IMG/VR virus record: IMGVR_UViG_3300044835_000075
Location: 43,375-107,374 of that record
Source of the DNA: a virus
Length of the DNA: 64,000 bases
Reading direction: 5' to 3' (one strand)
The notes beneath the pieces were generated by a model. It saw only the letters and a list, made by a program, of their open reading frames with translations. It searched no databases and had not been told where the DNA came from. The number at the start of each line of letters is the position of its first letter. Positions within the stretch are counted from its first letter, which is position 1. A program made the translations under genes and the position numbers. Below, piece after piece: positions 36,385-46,577 of the stretch.

Positions 36385-36632
36385 GCCAGCCGGAGGAACT
36401 GCCGTGGGTGACCGAGCAGGAGATCGTCGACACCGAGTGGTACCGCGACGGGGTGGAGTTCATGGACAGGACTGTCCGGGCCCGCGTCACCTCGCGCGGC
36501 TCGATGTCGTGGCTGCTGCCGGTGCACATGCTGCCGCCGGGCGTGGACACCCTGATGGGTGTCCCGGTCCGCCGGGGGCCGGTGTCCAAGCCGATGGTGG
36601 TCTACCTCGCCGGTGAGGGGCTGGACGGATGA
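36381..36632 (+). CDS. small hypothetical protein
   Basis: overlaps both neighbours. Confidence 0.6.
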   Translation: MSQPEELPWVTEQEIVDTEWYRDGVEFMDRTVRARVTSRGSMSWLLPVHMLPPGVDTLMGVPVRRGPVSKPMVVYLAGEGLDG

Positions 36633-37033
36633 CGGTGTACGTGGACTCCGTGCAGATCCCGGAGACGGTGGACGGGCGGCGCGCCAAGTGGTCGCACCTG
36701 GCCAGCGACCAGTACGACCCGGCCGAGCTGCACGCGTTCGCGAAGCGAATCGGGCTCAAGCGGGAGTGGTTCCAGTGCCACTCGAAGATCCACACCGGGG
36801 TGGCGCCGCCGTGGCTGTGGCACTACGACGTCACTGACTCCAAACGGGCCGCCGCGCTGGCCGCCGGTGCCGAGCTGCTCGTCGGCTGGTCACTCGGCCA
36901 CATCATCACAGCCAAGCGGGACCGGTTCAACGCACTGTCCGAAGAGGACCAGGCAGCAGAGCAGGCGCGATGGAAATCCGTAGCGCTCGGCACCGACTCC
37001 TTTGACACGCCAACACTTTTCGGGGGCCAGTGA
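36629..37033 (+). CDS. DUF4031-like protein
   Basis: MTVYVD, WSHLASD, ELHAFAKRIGL..WFQ, HYDV. Confidence 0.8.
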   Translation: MTVYVDSVQIPETVDGRRAKWSHLASDQYDPAELHAFAKRIGLKREWFQCHSKIHTGVAPPWLWHYDVTDSKRAAALAAGAELLVGWSLGHIITAKRDRFNALSEEDQAAEQARWKSVALGTDSFDTPTLFGGQ

Positions 37034-37248
37034 TGGCATACGCGCGGAAGGGCGAAGGCGGTAGCGACGTCCACGTCTACAGGTCCTCCCGAGGGCTTGT
37101 CTGCTGCGGGCGCACGATCACCTCGACCGAGGCGATGGTCACCCACCTCGAAGAACACATGGACAACAACGACAACGTCCCGTGGGACGTGATTCCCAAC
37201 CTGCGCGCCGACGACGCGGAGAACTTCCCGAAAGGACAACGATCATGA
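37030..37248 (+). CDS. small hypothetical protein
   Basis: overlap coupling. Confidence 0.6.
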   Translation: MMAYARKGEGGSDVHVYRSSRGLVCCGRTITSTEAMVTHLEEHMDNNDNVPWDVIPNLRADDAENFPKGQRS

Positions 37249-37727
37249 ACGTGAGGAAGAAGTGGTTCGGCGGCCGGGGCACCGGCCGCGCACAAGGCGA
37301 CTCGACGGCGGATCCGATCGGCACCTGCCGCCGCTCACCGGACGGCGAGTGGCTGGCGATCATGTGGCCGTCGCGTCCGAGCCCGTACATCTGGGCCGTC
37401 ACCGACTACGTCGGCTCGGTCGGGTTCGAGCCCGCCGACCGGGTGGCGCACTGGCCGATCGTGGGCGCCGCGCCGGGTTCACCGGCGGCAGGCATGAGCC
37501 TCACGCCGCATCCGGCGCCGCCGAGGGTGGAGGAGAACCGGCTGACCGTGACGTCGGCGCCGCCGCCTGAGGACGGGGCGGTGTGCGCGAACACGCAATG
37601 CCAGCACGCCTACGCCGAGCACCGGGGCGGGATTTCCCGCACGAAGTGCGTGCACGCCGGGGACGACCGCCCCTGCCTGTGCCCGCGCTTCTACGTCGAG
37701 GCTCGGGGAGTCGGTGCACTGCTGTGA
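37245..37727 (+). CDS. hypothetical protein with C-terminal Cys/His cluster
   Basis: GAAAGGA RBS. Confidence 0.7.
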   Translation: MNVRKKWFGGRGTGRAQGDSTADPIGTCRRSPDGEWLAIMWPSRPSPYIWAVTDYVGSVGFEPADRVAHWPIVGAAPGSPAAGMSLTPHPAPPRVEENRLTVTSAPPPEDGAVCANTQCQHAYAEHRGGISRTKCVHAGDDRPCLCPRFYVEARGVGALL

Positions 37728-38053
37728 GCACTGTCCCGATCGGCTACTTCCTCAACTCCGAGGCCTACTTCCACGACGCGCTGGGTGAGGACGACAAGCT
37801 CTCGATCGACGTGCACCCGGTCGAGGGGTACGACGGCGAAAGCTGGGAGTTCTACGCCCACATGGTCGACATCGACAGTTCCCCGTGTCTGGAACTGGAG
37901 TTCTATCACGACAGCGTGCAGGCCTTCGCCGACCGGCCGGACCTGTTCGTCGCCATCGCGGCCGCGAAGCCGAACACGTTGGACGAGTTTCGCGCGGTGC
38001 TCGACTCGGTCGGTGCCCGCGATGTCACGACACGGACCAGGCCGACGTCATGA
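37724..38053 (+). CDS. hypothetical protein
   Basis: GTGA overlap. Confidence 0.7.
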   Translation: MSTVPIGYFLNSEAYFHDALGEDDKLSIDVHPVEGYDGESWEFYAHMVDIDSSPCLELEFYHDSVQAFADRPDLFVAIAAAKPNTLDEFRAVLDSVGARDVTTRTRPTS

Positions 38054-38235
38054 GACTGCCGCTGCGCTGGTACTGGAAGATCTATCCACTCAATGCCGTG
38101 GTGACGCGGGTGTGGATGGCGTGGATGTGGCTCACCGGCCGCCCGTGGCGCGAGGGGCGCGGCGACATCAGTGGGCCGCCGGACTGGCTGCACCGCAGGG
38201 AACGCCAACGCAAACGAGAGGGCCGAAACCGATGA
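38050..38235 (+). CDS. small hypothetical protein
   Basis: ATGA overlaps. Confidence 0.55.
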   Translation: MRLPLRWYWKIYPLNAVVTRVWMAWMWLTGRPWREGRGDISGPPDWLHRRERQRKREGRNR

Positions 38236-38495
38236 ACGACACGCCACCCATCACCGATCCCGAGGTGATCCGCAAGGCCGAGCTGGCCGTCGACGGCTGG
38301 GATTTCGATCGCGAGTGGCCTGCCGAGGCGGTCAGGCCTGCCGCCGAGCGCCCGAACGGCGTCGCTTGGTCGGACGCCTACCTGCGGTCCGAGTCGGCGT
38401 TCCGCGCACCGATGGAGAAGTCGCTGATCGAGCCGCCGACGCCCGCGCTCAAGCCGAACCGCGCCGAGCGCCGGGCACGCCGGAGGTCGAGGTGA
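38232..38495 (+). CDS. small hypothetical protein
   Basis: GAGAGG RBS. Confidence 0.6.
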   Translation: MNDTPPITDPEVIRKAELAVDGWDFDREWPAEAVRPAAERPNGVAWSDAYLRSESAFRAPMEKSLIEPPTPALKPNRAERRARRRSR

Positions 38496-38932
38496 GCGAC
38501 AACCAGCGCCGGGAGGTGCTCAAGCACAGGGTCGAGCACATCGTGCCGACCCCGCCGCCCTACGGCGGCACCATCAAGGACGTGAACCTGGCGATCCACC
38601 ATGCGTTGCAGGAGATCAAGGCGCGCGGCGGCCGGATCGACTACGACGACGTGCTGCGCTTCGAGACCCGCGACGACGCGATCGTGGTCTTCTACGAGTA
38701 CGACGAGGTGCTGCCGGATGTCTCGGCGGCGTCGAGCGACGACGATCTGTTTCAGGAGACTCACCCGGATGCCCGGGGGCGTGTGGCGTGGCCGGTGATG
38801 CCGGATGGCGAGTCCGCGCACGCGTCGGTGTCGTGCTGCGGTAGGGCTCCGTGTGTTGCCGGAGCATCTCGCTGGGTGCATCAGATGACGGGGCATGACG
38901 GGGTGTGGGTGCCGCCGCGCCAAATTGACTAG
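38492..38932 (+). CDS. hypothetical protein
   Basis: GGAGG RBS; stop lies in the next promoter. Confidence 0.65.
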   Translation: MSDNQRREVLKHRVEHIVPTPPPYGGTIKDVNLAIHHALQEIKARGGRIDYDDVLRFETRDDAIVVFYEYDEVLPDVSAASSDDDLFQETHPDARGRVAWPVMPDGESAHASVSCCGRAPCVAGASRWVHQMTGHDGVWVPPRQID

Positions 38933-38966
38933 CCGCTGCTCTAGCGGCTAGAATGCAGGCGTTCCG
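38925..38966 (+). promoter_or_regulatory. class II promoter cassette TTGACT-18-TAGAAT plus GTTCCG
   Basis: palindrome TAGCCGCT-GCTCT-AGCGGCTA. Confidence 0.9.
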
Positions 38967-38987
38967 TACCGAGAGAGGAGAGGTCCC

Positions 38988-40151
38988 ATGGCTGACCGGG
39001 AAACACTGCATGAGTACTGGTCGACCGGGGCCGGTTCAATGCCACTTCGCGATGTGAAGAATGTCCGACCCGTCACCGACGGGTCGGACATTCCCGGCAA
39101 CCAGTGGGACCTGAATGGCAAGCGGTACGTCACCGTCAGCAAAGATGGTGGTGATATTTTCGTTAGCGAGGTGAAGCCCCCGCCGCTGCCGAAATCTATT
39201 CACATCTCCATGATCACCGTATTCGTCTGCCTCTACATCATGGACCTTGTCGGATTCGGGCCGATCGGCATAGCCCTCCTGGTCCCCCTGGTCTTTTCCT
39301 ACCGGATGGTAGTGGCCAAGGTAACGACCGCCCGGGGCGAGAAGTACTTCCGCAACACGCCGCCTCCCCCGAAGATCCTGAGCCGGGAAGAACTCGACGC
39401 ACAGCTACTGAAACTCTCCCAGCCCGATGAGGACCGCACCACCGAGCCCGCGCCGATCCCCCTGCCCGACCTGCTGCGCGACCGTGCGTGGAAACGGTGG
39501 AACGACGAGATCAGGACGTGCATCGAGATCGGCGAGAAGACCGAGAAAGCCAAAGGACCTGACGGTCGCGATAAGACTTGGTACACATTTTCGGATTATG
39601 AACCATCCCGACTCGACAGGTCGGGCGACAAAAACGAATTGCAGCGGAAAATACGGGCCGGAGAAGGATTGCTCAGGTCTTCCAGGGGGTTTCATTCCGT
39701 GAATGGTGATCGTATGCGAGTCGAACGCCAAGTCAAAGAGTGGTGCCAGTTATTGGCGCACCGTGGCCTGATGGAATCGACGACAACCCCGCATGAAAAT
39801 GACGGAAACATTGACCACGCCTTGGACGCTGTGGCACAACTTCGTAGGACCATCAAAAACATGGGCGGCACCGAACGCTCACACAGCGCCTGCATCGAAT
39901 TCGAGCAGAGAATTACCCAACTTCACCGGCAGATCGGCAACTACCTGCGCAACGGCGAAAAGCCCAACGTCTACCTCAGGCTGGAAGAGCCCACCGTCCC
40001 CAACCTCGACCGCCCCTTCACCCTCGACACCGACTGCCAGGAGGGCCACTACGGCCCGCACCCTATCCGCGAGATCCTCGACACCGACACCGGACGCCGC
40101 GTCCGGCGCGAATGCCAGTGGTGCCCCTCGCAGTGGACCGACCTCGCCTAG
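38988..40151 (+). CDS. membrane protein with C-terminal Zn-ribbon-like motif
   Basis: two TM helices; CQEGH...ECQWC; visibly lower GC. Confidence 0.75.
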   Translation: MADRETLHEYWSTGAGSMPLRDVKNVRPVTDGSDIPGNQWDLNGKRYVTVSKDGGDIFVSEVKPPPLPKSIHISMITVFVCLYIMDLVGFGPIGIALLVPLVFSYRMVVAKVTTARGEKYFRNTPPPPKILSREELDAQLLKLSQPDEDRTTEPAPIPLPDLLRDRAWKRWNDEIRTCIEIGEKTEKAKGPDGRDKTWYTFSDYEPSRLDRSGDKNELQRKIRAGEGLLRSSRGFHSVNGDRMRVERQVKEWCQLLAHRGLMESTTTPHENDGNIDHALDAVAQLRRTIKNMGGTERSHSACIEFEQRITQLHRQIGNYLRNGEKPNVYLRLEEPTVPNLDRPFTLDTDCQEGHYGPHPIREILDTDTGRRVRRECQWCPSQWTDLA

Positions 40152-40260
40152 AAAGGCTGCCCGTGCACATCGCCACCACCATCGCGGCCTGGCTCGCGCT
40201 CGCCCTGAGCGGCGCCACCTTCGCCGTCATGGTCATCCTCTACCACCGGGCAGGCCGATC

Positions 40261-42570
40261 GTGACCGACGACCCCGTCGGCCGCGCGCTCGTCGCCGCCG
40301 TCGACGCGCTGGCCATCCCCCGCTCCGAACTGGCCATGGCCGCCGGGCTCGCCTCCATCGCCCGCCGGGGCGTACCGCTCTCGCTCAAGCAGTCCCGCAC
40401 CGCCTACCGCATCCTGACCCGCAGCAGGCCCGACATGGACGTGGCGGGCATCCCCATGCCGCCGGAGCCCGCCGAGCCGGTCGCCGCGCCACGGGCCGCC
40501 CAGGCCTCCCCGCCGCCGCCCAGCGCCGCGACGCCGGTCGCCCGCATCCGCTCCGACGGCAAGATCGGCGTCTACTCGCCGTACGCGCTGCGCGAGGCGA
40601 TGAAGGAGATCCCCGGCGGCAAACCCATCAAGACCGGCGGCCGATGGGAATGGGTCTTTCCCGCCTCCCCGTCATCCGCCTCCGCCCTCGTGGCCGCCCT
40701 GTCCCCGCACGGCGGCCAGTTCAGCGCGAAGGTGCTCGGCCTCGCCGCCGACCACGCCAGCCGGGGCAGCGCCAGCATGATGCTCGTCGACGGCTCCCCG
40801 CTGCCCGACGTCGACACCACCGGGCTGATCAAGCCCGGATTCGTCCTGTGGGACCACCAGATCCGCGCGGTGGAGTACTCGACCACCATGGTCGCGAGTC
40901 TGCTGGCGATCCCCATGGGCGGCGGAAAGACCCTGTCCACCATCACCGTCATGAACCGGGTCGCCGCCCAGGGCGCCAAGACCGTCGTCATCGTGTGCCC
41001 CAACAAGGTCCGGGGCGTCTGGCCGCGTGAAGTCCGCAAGTTCTCCGCACTCGGCTGGCACATCGTCAACGGCACCCGCGAAAGCAAGCGCGCCCACTCC
41101 GGCTACGTCTCGCTCGGCCTCGCCGACCGGCTGCACCAAGCCGAGGAATGCCTGTTCGACTGCCGGTGCGGGGCGCCGGTGCACGCCGCCGTCGTCAACT
41201 ACGAGGCGTTCGCCAACGACCCGTGGGGCGACTGGACCCCGCCCCGCCCGATCGATTTGCTCGTCATGGACGAGATCCACCGGATCAAGTCCTACAAGCT
41301 CAAGACGGCGAAGCGCCGACGCACGGTGTCCGGAGCGCTGGCGCAGTGGGTCAACTTCACCCACAAGCGCATCGGGCTGACCGGCACACCGATCCCCCAG
41401 TCCCCTTTGGACATCTACGGGATCTTCCGCGCACTCGACCCCGGCATCTTCGGCGGATCGTGGACCCAGTTCAAAAACCGCTACAGCATCGCGAACCCGC
41501 ACATCGAGCAGATGATCGTCGGGTACAAGAACGTCGAGGAGCTGGCCGAGAAGTTCTTCTCGATCACCTACCACCCCGAGATCGACCTCAACCTGCCCGC
41601 CGTCACCGACGTCACCCATGAGTTCGACCTCGAAGCCCCCGCCCGCAAGGCGTATGAGTCGCTCGACAAAGAGCTGTGGGCCGACCTGTCCGGCTTCACC
41701 AACGCCGAGGCCGCCGCCGACCAGTGGGACGACGTCTACACCGAACTCAACCGCCTCATGGAGAACGGCGAGGACTACAGCCACCTCGAAGCCAAGCTCA
41801 ACGAGCCCAGTCTCAGCGAGGGACGCGAGGTCTCCACCGTCACCCCGGCGAACGTCATGGTGCGGCTGCTGCGCTTGCAGCAGCTCACCGGCGGCACCGT
41901 CATCGACGACGAGGACAACCGCGTCCGCGTGTCCACGGCGAAGGCCGAACTGCTCGCCGACGTGCTCGACGAGATCGGCTGCACCCCGTCGACTGACACG
42001 CACACCACGGAGCCGGTGATCGTGTTCTGCCGGTTCCGCTCCGACCTCGACGCGGTCCGCGACGTCGCGCTCGCCGCGAAGTTGCGCTACGCGGAGGTGT
42101 CCGGTCGCCGCCACGATGGCCTGTCCCGGGATGCCGAGATGAACCCGGGCGCCGATGTCGTCGGAGTGCAGATCCAGTCAGGTGGCACCGGCGTCGACTT
42201 CACCCGCGCCCGGATCGGGATCTGGTACTCCCTGGGCTACTCGCTTTCGGATTACCAGCAGGCCCGCAAGCGGCTCGACCGGCCGGGGCAGACCCGACCG
42301 GTGCTGATGATCCACCTGCTGGCGCGGGAGACAGCCGACTTCGACGTCTACGAGGCGCTGGAGAGTCGCCGGACGGTCATCGCGAACGTCATCAAGGCGC
42401 ACGGGATCGATCCGGCCAAACTAGGATTCCGCGACGCCCTGGGCGAAGCGGAGACAGACGACCGGCGCGTATCGGGCGCCGGTGCCGTGGAACTGCCGTT
42501 CGCGCGGCTGATGAAGTCCGAGGCGCTCCGCATGGGGGCGCCTGTGGGAAACCGGGAGGAACGCACGTGA
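40261..42570 (+). CDS. SNF2-family (SF2) helicase
   Basis: MGGGKT, MDEIH, LTGTP, SGGTGVDF, QARKRLDRPGQ. Confidence 0.92.
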   Translation: MTDDPVGRALVAAVDALAIPRSELAMAAGLASIARRGVPLSLKQSRTAYRILTRSRPDMDVAGIPMPPEPAEPVAAPRAAQASPPPPSAATPVARIRSDGKIGVYSPYALREAMKEIPGGKPIKTGGRWEWVFPASPSSASALVAALSPHGGQFSAKVLGLAADHASRGSASMMLVDGSPLPDVDTTGLIKPGFVLWDHQIRAVEYSTTMVASLLAIPMGGGKTLSTITVMNRVAAQGAKTVVIVCPNKVRGVWPREVRKFSALGWHIVNGTRESKRAHSGYVSLGLADRLHQAEECLFDCRCGAPVHAAVVNYEAFANDPWGDWTPPRPIDLLVMDEIHRIKSYKLKTAKRRRTVSGALAQWVNFTHKRIGLTGTPIPQSPLDIYGIFRALDPGIFGGSWTQFKNRYSIANPHIEQMIVGYKNVEELAEKFFSITYHPEIDLNLPAVTDVTHEFDLEAPARKAYESLDKELWADLSGFTNAEAAADQWDDVYTELNRLMENGEDYSHLEAKLNEPSLSEGREVSTVTPANVMVRLLRLQQLTGGTVIDDEDNRVRVSTAKAELLADVLDEIGCTPSTDTHTTEPVIVFCRFRSDLDAVRDVALAAKLRYAEVSGRRHDGLSRDAEMNPGADVVGVQIQSGGTGVDFTRARIGIWYSLGYSLSDYQQARKRLDRPGQTRPVLMIHLLARETADFDVYEALESRRTVIANVIKAHGIDPAKLGFRDALGEAETDDRRVSGAGAVELPFARLMKSEALRMGAPVGNREERT

Positions 42571-42872
42571 CACACGAGAACGAAGGTGCTCAGCGCGAGG
42601 TGCGCACCGGGCCGGAGCTGTATCAGCTCGGGCTCGACTGGCTCGCCATTGCCCGCACCCAGTGGTCCATGCTGGTCGAGGAGGGGGCGGACGAGGTTGC
42701 GCATGAGACCAGCGCAGCGGGTGCAGCCGCCATCGCGGCCGCCGCGTTCGCCGGTGTCCAGGCCGCCGCGCTGGCGACCCTGTCCAGCGACGAGGCGAAC
42801 GAACCGGCATTGAGCGAGGCGTGGCGCACCGTCGTCGGCGACACTGTCGATACTCCGGGAATGCCCGTATGA
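42567..42872 (+). CDS. hypothetical protein
   Basis: GGAGG RBS; overlaps. Confidence 0.7.
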   Translation: MTHENEGAQREVRTGPELYQLGLDWLAIARTQWSMLVEEGADEVAHETSAAGAAAIAAAAFAGVQAAALATLSSDEANEPALSEAWRTVVGDTVDTPGMPV

Positions 42873-43627
42873 GCCCGCTCACGGGCGCCACGTGGCGTCA
42901 TGAGCCGTTCGCCTCGTTCGACACCGAGACCACCGGCGTCAACGTCGAGGAGGACCGTGTCGTCACCGCGACGATCCTGAAGGTCATTCCGGGCAGCGGC
43001 ACCCCGGCGTCGCGAAGCTGGCTGGTGAACCCCGGGATCGAGATCCCCGACGGGGCGGCCCGCATCCACGGCGTCACCACGGAGAAGGCCCGCGAGGGCG
43101 GGATGGATCCGGCGGTCGCGCTGGTCGAGATCCTCGACGGTCTGCGCGAGGTGTGGAACTCCGGCCAGCCGGTGGTGATCTACAACGCCCCGTACGACCT
43201 CACGCTGATGGACCGGGAACTCAAGCGGTACGGCTATCCGGGGATCGGCCCGGTCGGCCCGGTGATCGACCCGCTGGTGATCGACAAGGGTATCGACACC
43301 TTCCGGCCGGGATCGCGGAAGCTGATCGACACCGCGCGGCACTACGGCGTCGTGCTGACCGAGGCGGACGCGCATTCGTCCGAGGGCGACACGCTCGCGG
43401 CCGCGCGGCTGGCCTACAAGCTGGGCGCGCCGGAGTCCGGTGTGCTGACTCCTGGGAGGTACAACCGGCCCGGAAGGGACACGCGGGGAGTCGTCGCGGG
43501 GATGACGCTGGAAGAGCTGGTGGCCGCTCAGGTGGAGTGGTCGGAGAAGCAGCAGCGGAGTTTCGCGGAGTACAAGCGGATCACGCCGCAGATCGGTTGG
43601 CCGTACCGGCCGGAGGCCAAGGCCTAG
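42869..43627 (+). CDS. DnaQ-like DEDDh 3'-5' exonuclease
   Basis: FDTETTG, IHGVT, YNAPYD, AHSSEGD. Confidence 0.92.
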   Translation: MSPLTGATWRHEPFASFDTETTGVNVEEDRVVTATILKVIPGSGTPASRSWLVNPGIEIPDGAARIHGVTTEKAREGGMDPAVALVEILDGLREVWNSGQPVVIYNAPYDLTLMDRELKRYGYPGIGPVGPVIDPLVIDKGIDTFRPGSRKLIDTARHYGVVLTEADAHSSEGDTLAAARLAYKLGAPESGVLTPGRYNRPGRDTRGVVAGMTLEELVAAQVEWSEKQQRSFAEYKRITPQIGWPYRPEAKA

Positions 43628-43633
43628 GGAGCG

Positions 43634-43674
43634 ACGAAACCCCCACTCACAGCCCAGTGAGTGGGGGTTTCGTC
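43634..43674 (+). terminator. long hairpin terminator
   Basis: GACGAAACCCCCACTCAC...GTGAGTGGGGGTTTCGTC. Confidence 0.85.
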
Positions 43675-43834
43675 GTATGCGGGGTGAGCGCGCTGCGCGC
43701 CGACGACGGACCCGCTCAAAGGATCGGACCGGGGGCAGGGCCCGGGGTCCGGAGGCATCCCGGAAAAGCAGTGCCGCGCGCTCACCACGGGTTAAGGGTG
43801 CCCTACCCCTGCGGGTATGCGCAACCCGCCTGGG

Positions 43835-43877
43835 TTGACTAGCCTGCTCTGCGTCGGCTAGTATCTTTTCAGTTCCG
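43835..43877 (+). promoter_or_regulatory. class II promoter cassette TTGACT-18-TAGTAT plus GTTCCG
   Basis: repeat motif. Confidence 0.88.
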
Positions 43878-43906
43878 TAACCAACCCCCTACGAGAAGGA
43901 CCGCAC

Positions 43907-44560
43907 ATGACGAGCAACATCGTCAAATCCGCCAACGAGAAGATGGACCAGGCCCTGCGCCTGCTCGGCGAAGCGCAGGCCGCGATGCAGCTGGCCAACC
44001 GCTTCGGCGCCGAGCCCGAACCCGGCACCGTCCTCGTGTTCGACAAGATCTTCCCCAACGAGGGTGCCGCACTGGACTCGCTCGGCCTGAACTTCGATCC
44101 CGAGAAGCTGGTGCCCGGCAACAAGTCCGCGCTGTTCGACGTGCTCAGCGGAGCGAGGCTCGGCGGCCGCGCGCAGTACGGCGGCGTGGTCGTCATCGAC
44201 GACGACGACGCGTTCGCCAAGGCGATGCAGAAGTCCTACCGCCACGTCGCCATCCGCATCGGCAACGTCTGGTACACCACGTCGCCCCGCATCTCCAAGG
44301 TGTCGTGGGACAAGCTCGCCGAGTTCATCGGCGACTCGCAATGCTGGAAGGTCACCGGCACCGAGGAGATCCCCCTCGAAGCCCCCCAGGTCATCGAGCA
44401 GGCTTCCGAGCCCGCCGACGCACCCAATGCCGCTGACGCGATCAAGGACAACCGCAAGGCGCTCATGGGCGCCCTGGCCCGCGCCCGCGCCAACGGCAAG
44501 AGCCCGACGCCGAAGGAAATCCTGGAGATCGTCACGAAGACGCTGGACTCCGACAAGTGA
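43907..44560 (+). CDS. hypothetical protein
   Basis: GAAGGA RBS. Confidence 0.75.
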   Translation: MTSNIVKSANEKMDQALRLLGEAQAAMQLANRFGAEPEPGTVLVFDKIFPNEGAALDSLGLNFDPEKLVPGNKSALFDVLSGARLGGRAQYGGVVVIDDDDAFAKAMQKSYRHVAIRIGNVWYTTSPRISKVSWDKLAEFIGDSQCWKVTGTEEIPLEAPQVIEQASEPADAPNAADAIKDNRKALMGALARARANGKSPTPKEILEIVTKTLDSDK

Positions 44561-45228
44561 GCAAGACCTGGTTTACCGCCGACATGCACTTCGGACACGA
44601 ACGCATCATCGAGCTGTCCGGCCGCCCGTTCGGCTCCGTCGAGGAGATGAACGAGGTGATCATCGAGCGGTACAACCGGGTCGTCGGCGAACATGACACG
44701 GTGTGGATTCTCGGCGATGTCGCCCTCGGCGCCATCGCCGAGTCTCTGCCCCTGCTCGGCAGACTCAAGGGCCGCAAGTACCTGATCGCAGGCAATCACG
44801 ACCGCTGCTTCGCCGGTGCCCAGCCCGACCCCGGCCGCCTCGCCCGCTGGAAAGCCGCCTACATCGAGCAGGGCGCCCTGACCGGCGTCGTCACCAGCGC
44901 GGGGTACATCTCCGAGCCGCCGAAGTTCAAGACCCCGATCCGGATCCCCCGGCTCGGCGGCGGACTCGGCCCGCCGGTGACCCTGTCCCACTTCCCCTAC
45001 GCCGGTGAGTCCGACCCGGCCCGGCCCGACCGCTACGCCACCGCGCGCCCGGTCCGCCGCAAGGGCGACACGGAGCCCTGGCTGCTGCACGGCCACGTGC
45101 ACGAGGCATGGGCGGTAAGCGGCTACCAGATCAACGTAGGTGTCGACATCTGGAATTTCGAGCCCGTCGACGCCGAGACCCTGGCCGCCCTGATCGAGGG
45201 CGGCCCCCAGTTCGACGAAGGGAAATGA
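44557..45228 (+). CDS. calcineurin-like metallophosphoesterase
   Basis: DMHFGH, LGD, GNHD, HGHVH, INVGVD. Confidence 0.92.
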   Translation: MSKTWFTADMHFGHERIIELSGRPFGSVEEMNEVIIERYNRVVGEHDTVWILGDVALGAIAESLPLLGRLKGRKYLIAGNHDRCFAGAQPDPGRLARWKAAYIEQGALTGVVTSAGYISEPPKFKTPIRIPRLGGGLGPPVTLSHFPYAGESDPARPDRYATARPVRRKGDTEPWLLHGHVHEAWAVSGYQINVGVDIWNFEPVDAETLAALIEGGPQFDEGK

Positions 45229-45464
45229 TCATGACGGCCGCATTGAAGACGAACTGCATCAACGCGCGCTCCGACCACTACCCGACACGGGCGGACGCGG
45301 ACGCGGAGATCCTCAACCGCAAGATCAACGCCGCTGTGGCCCGCCAGGCGCGCGACAACAAGCGCGAGGCGGAATGGTGCGCCAGCTGCTCGGCGTGGAT
45401 GATCACGACCGCCGTTCAGCGCTCGCACCGGCCGGGCGGGAAGACGAAGCACCGCCGCCGCTGA
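45225..45464 (+). CDS. small Cys-containing protein
   Basis: WCASCSAW; ATGA overlap. Confidence 0.6.
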   Translation: MIMTAALKTNCINARSDHYPTRADADAEILNRKINAAVARQARDNKREAEWCASCSAWMITTAVQRSHRPGGKTKHRRR

Positions 45465-45472
45465 CCCCGGTA

Positions 45473-45516
45473 TTGGCAAGCCGTTAAGATGACGGCTAGG
45501 ATTCTGATCATTCCGC
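45473..45516 (+). promoter_or_regulatory. class II promoter cassette TTGGCA-18-TAGGAT plus ATTCCGC
   Basis: repeat motif variant. Confidence 0.8.
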
Positions 45517-45541
45517 CCCGAACCCCGATGAGGAGCACTCC

Positions 45542-45808
45542 GTGCCCAGTCCCCTGAACAAGACCGAATCCCGGGTGAGCGCCCTGACCGAGGTCAAGGC
45601 CGGACTCGTGAGCTATGACCCCACCGTGGGCGAATACACCGTCACCGACGGCGACCACGAGACCGAGCAGGCGGGTGGCGCCCGGCGCCGCACGTACGCC
45701 GAACTGCGCACCCAGGCGCTCATTGCGCCCCGTGACCCGCAGGCTGTGTCGATCGTTGACCTCACCGAAGAGGGTCAGGAACTGGCCTCCACCTGGAGTG
45801 TTGACTAG
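45542..45808 (+). CDS. small winged-helix-like protein
   Basis: GAGGAG RBS; ELRTQALI...LTEEGQ. Confidence 0.65.
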   Translation: MPSPLNKTESRVSALTEVKAGLVSYDPTVGEYTVTDGDHETEQAGGARRRTYAELRTQALIAPRDPQAVSIVDLTEEGQELASTWSVD

Positions 45809-45844
45809 CCACTACTAGATCGGCTAGCATTCTCCTTGTTCCGC
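45801..45844 (+). promoter_or_regulatory. class II promoter cassette TTGACT-18-TAGCAT plus GTTCCGC
   Basis: repeat motif. Confidence 0.88.
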
Positions 45845-45872
45845 TAGATCATCTTCGAGAGGTAGCCCACCG

Positions 45873-46577
45873 ATGACCAGCCCCGACGCTGCCGCCGCGC
45901 AGCCGGAGAGCACGCCCACCGCAGCGGAGGTCGCCGCCAAGAACATCGGCGCGTACATCAGCGCCAACGGCGTCTCCGGCGTCCTGGCCGACGCCGATCC
46001 CCACGCCGACGGCAGTGTCCACCTCGCCATCACCCAGGACGGCCAGCCGTACGACACCGTCGTCGTGATGCAGGCCGACGGCGTCATCTCCATCCGCGAC
46101 GCCGCGCCCGCCGAACCGGACGCCGTGGCCGTACCCGACTACATCGTCGCCGCCCGCGAGATGGCGCAGATCAGCGACCAGCTCAAGGCCAGCAAAGGCG
46201 CGGTCGCCGCACTCGAAGACCGGTACAAAGAACTCTCCGAGACCGTCATGGCCTACTACGAGATGATCGGCGACACACAACTGAGGTTCGACGGCCGCCT
46301 CGCCCACCTGCGCTACGACACCTTCGCGAAGTTCCACGACAAGCCGGTCGAGGAAGGCGGCGGGAAGTACACCCACCGCGACGTCGTCGAGGTACTCCGC
46401 GCCATCGACAAGTCCGACAGCGTCCAGCCCGAGACGGTCCATCCCGGCACCCTCGCGACGATCCTGCGCGAGTACCGCGACGACGACAAGCCCGTGCCCG
46501 AAGCACTCGCCGCCCTCGTTGAGCTGGGAGAACGCCCCAAGGTCGTCATCGGCGCACCGGCGCGCAAGCGCCGCTAA
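45873..46577 (+). CDS. conserved replication-region protein
   Basis: coiled coil followed by VHPGTL..ILRE motif. Confidence 0.7.
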   Translation: MTSPDAAAAQPESTPTAAEVAAKNIGAYISANGVSGVLADADPHADGSVHLAITQDGQPYDTVVVMQADGVISIRDAAPAEPDAVAVPDYIVAAREMAQISDQLKASKGAVAALEDRYKELSETVMAYYEMIGDTQLRFDGRLAHLRYDTFAKFHDKPVEEGGGKYTHRDVVEVLRAIDKSDSVQPETVHPGTLATILREYRDDDKPVPEALAALVELGERPKVVIGAPARKRR

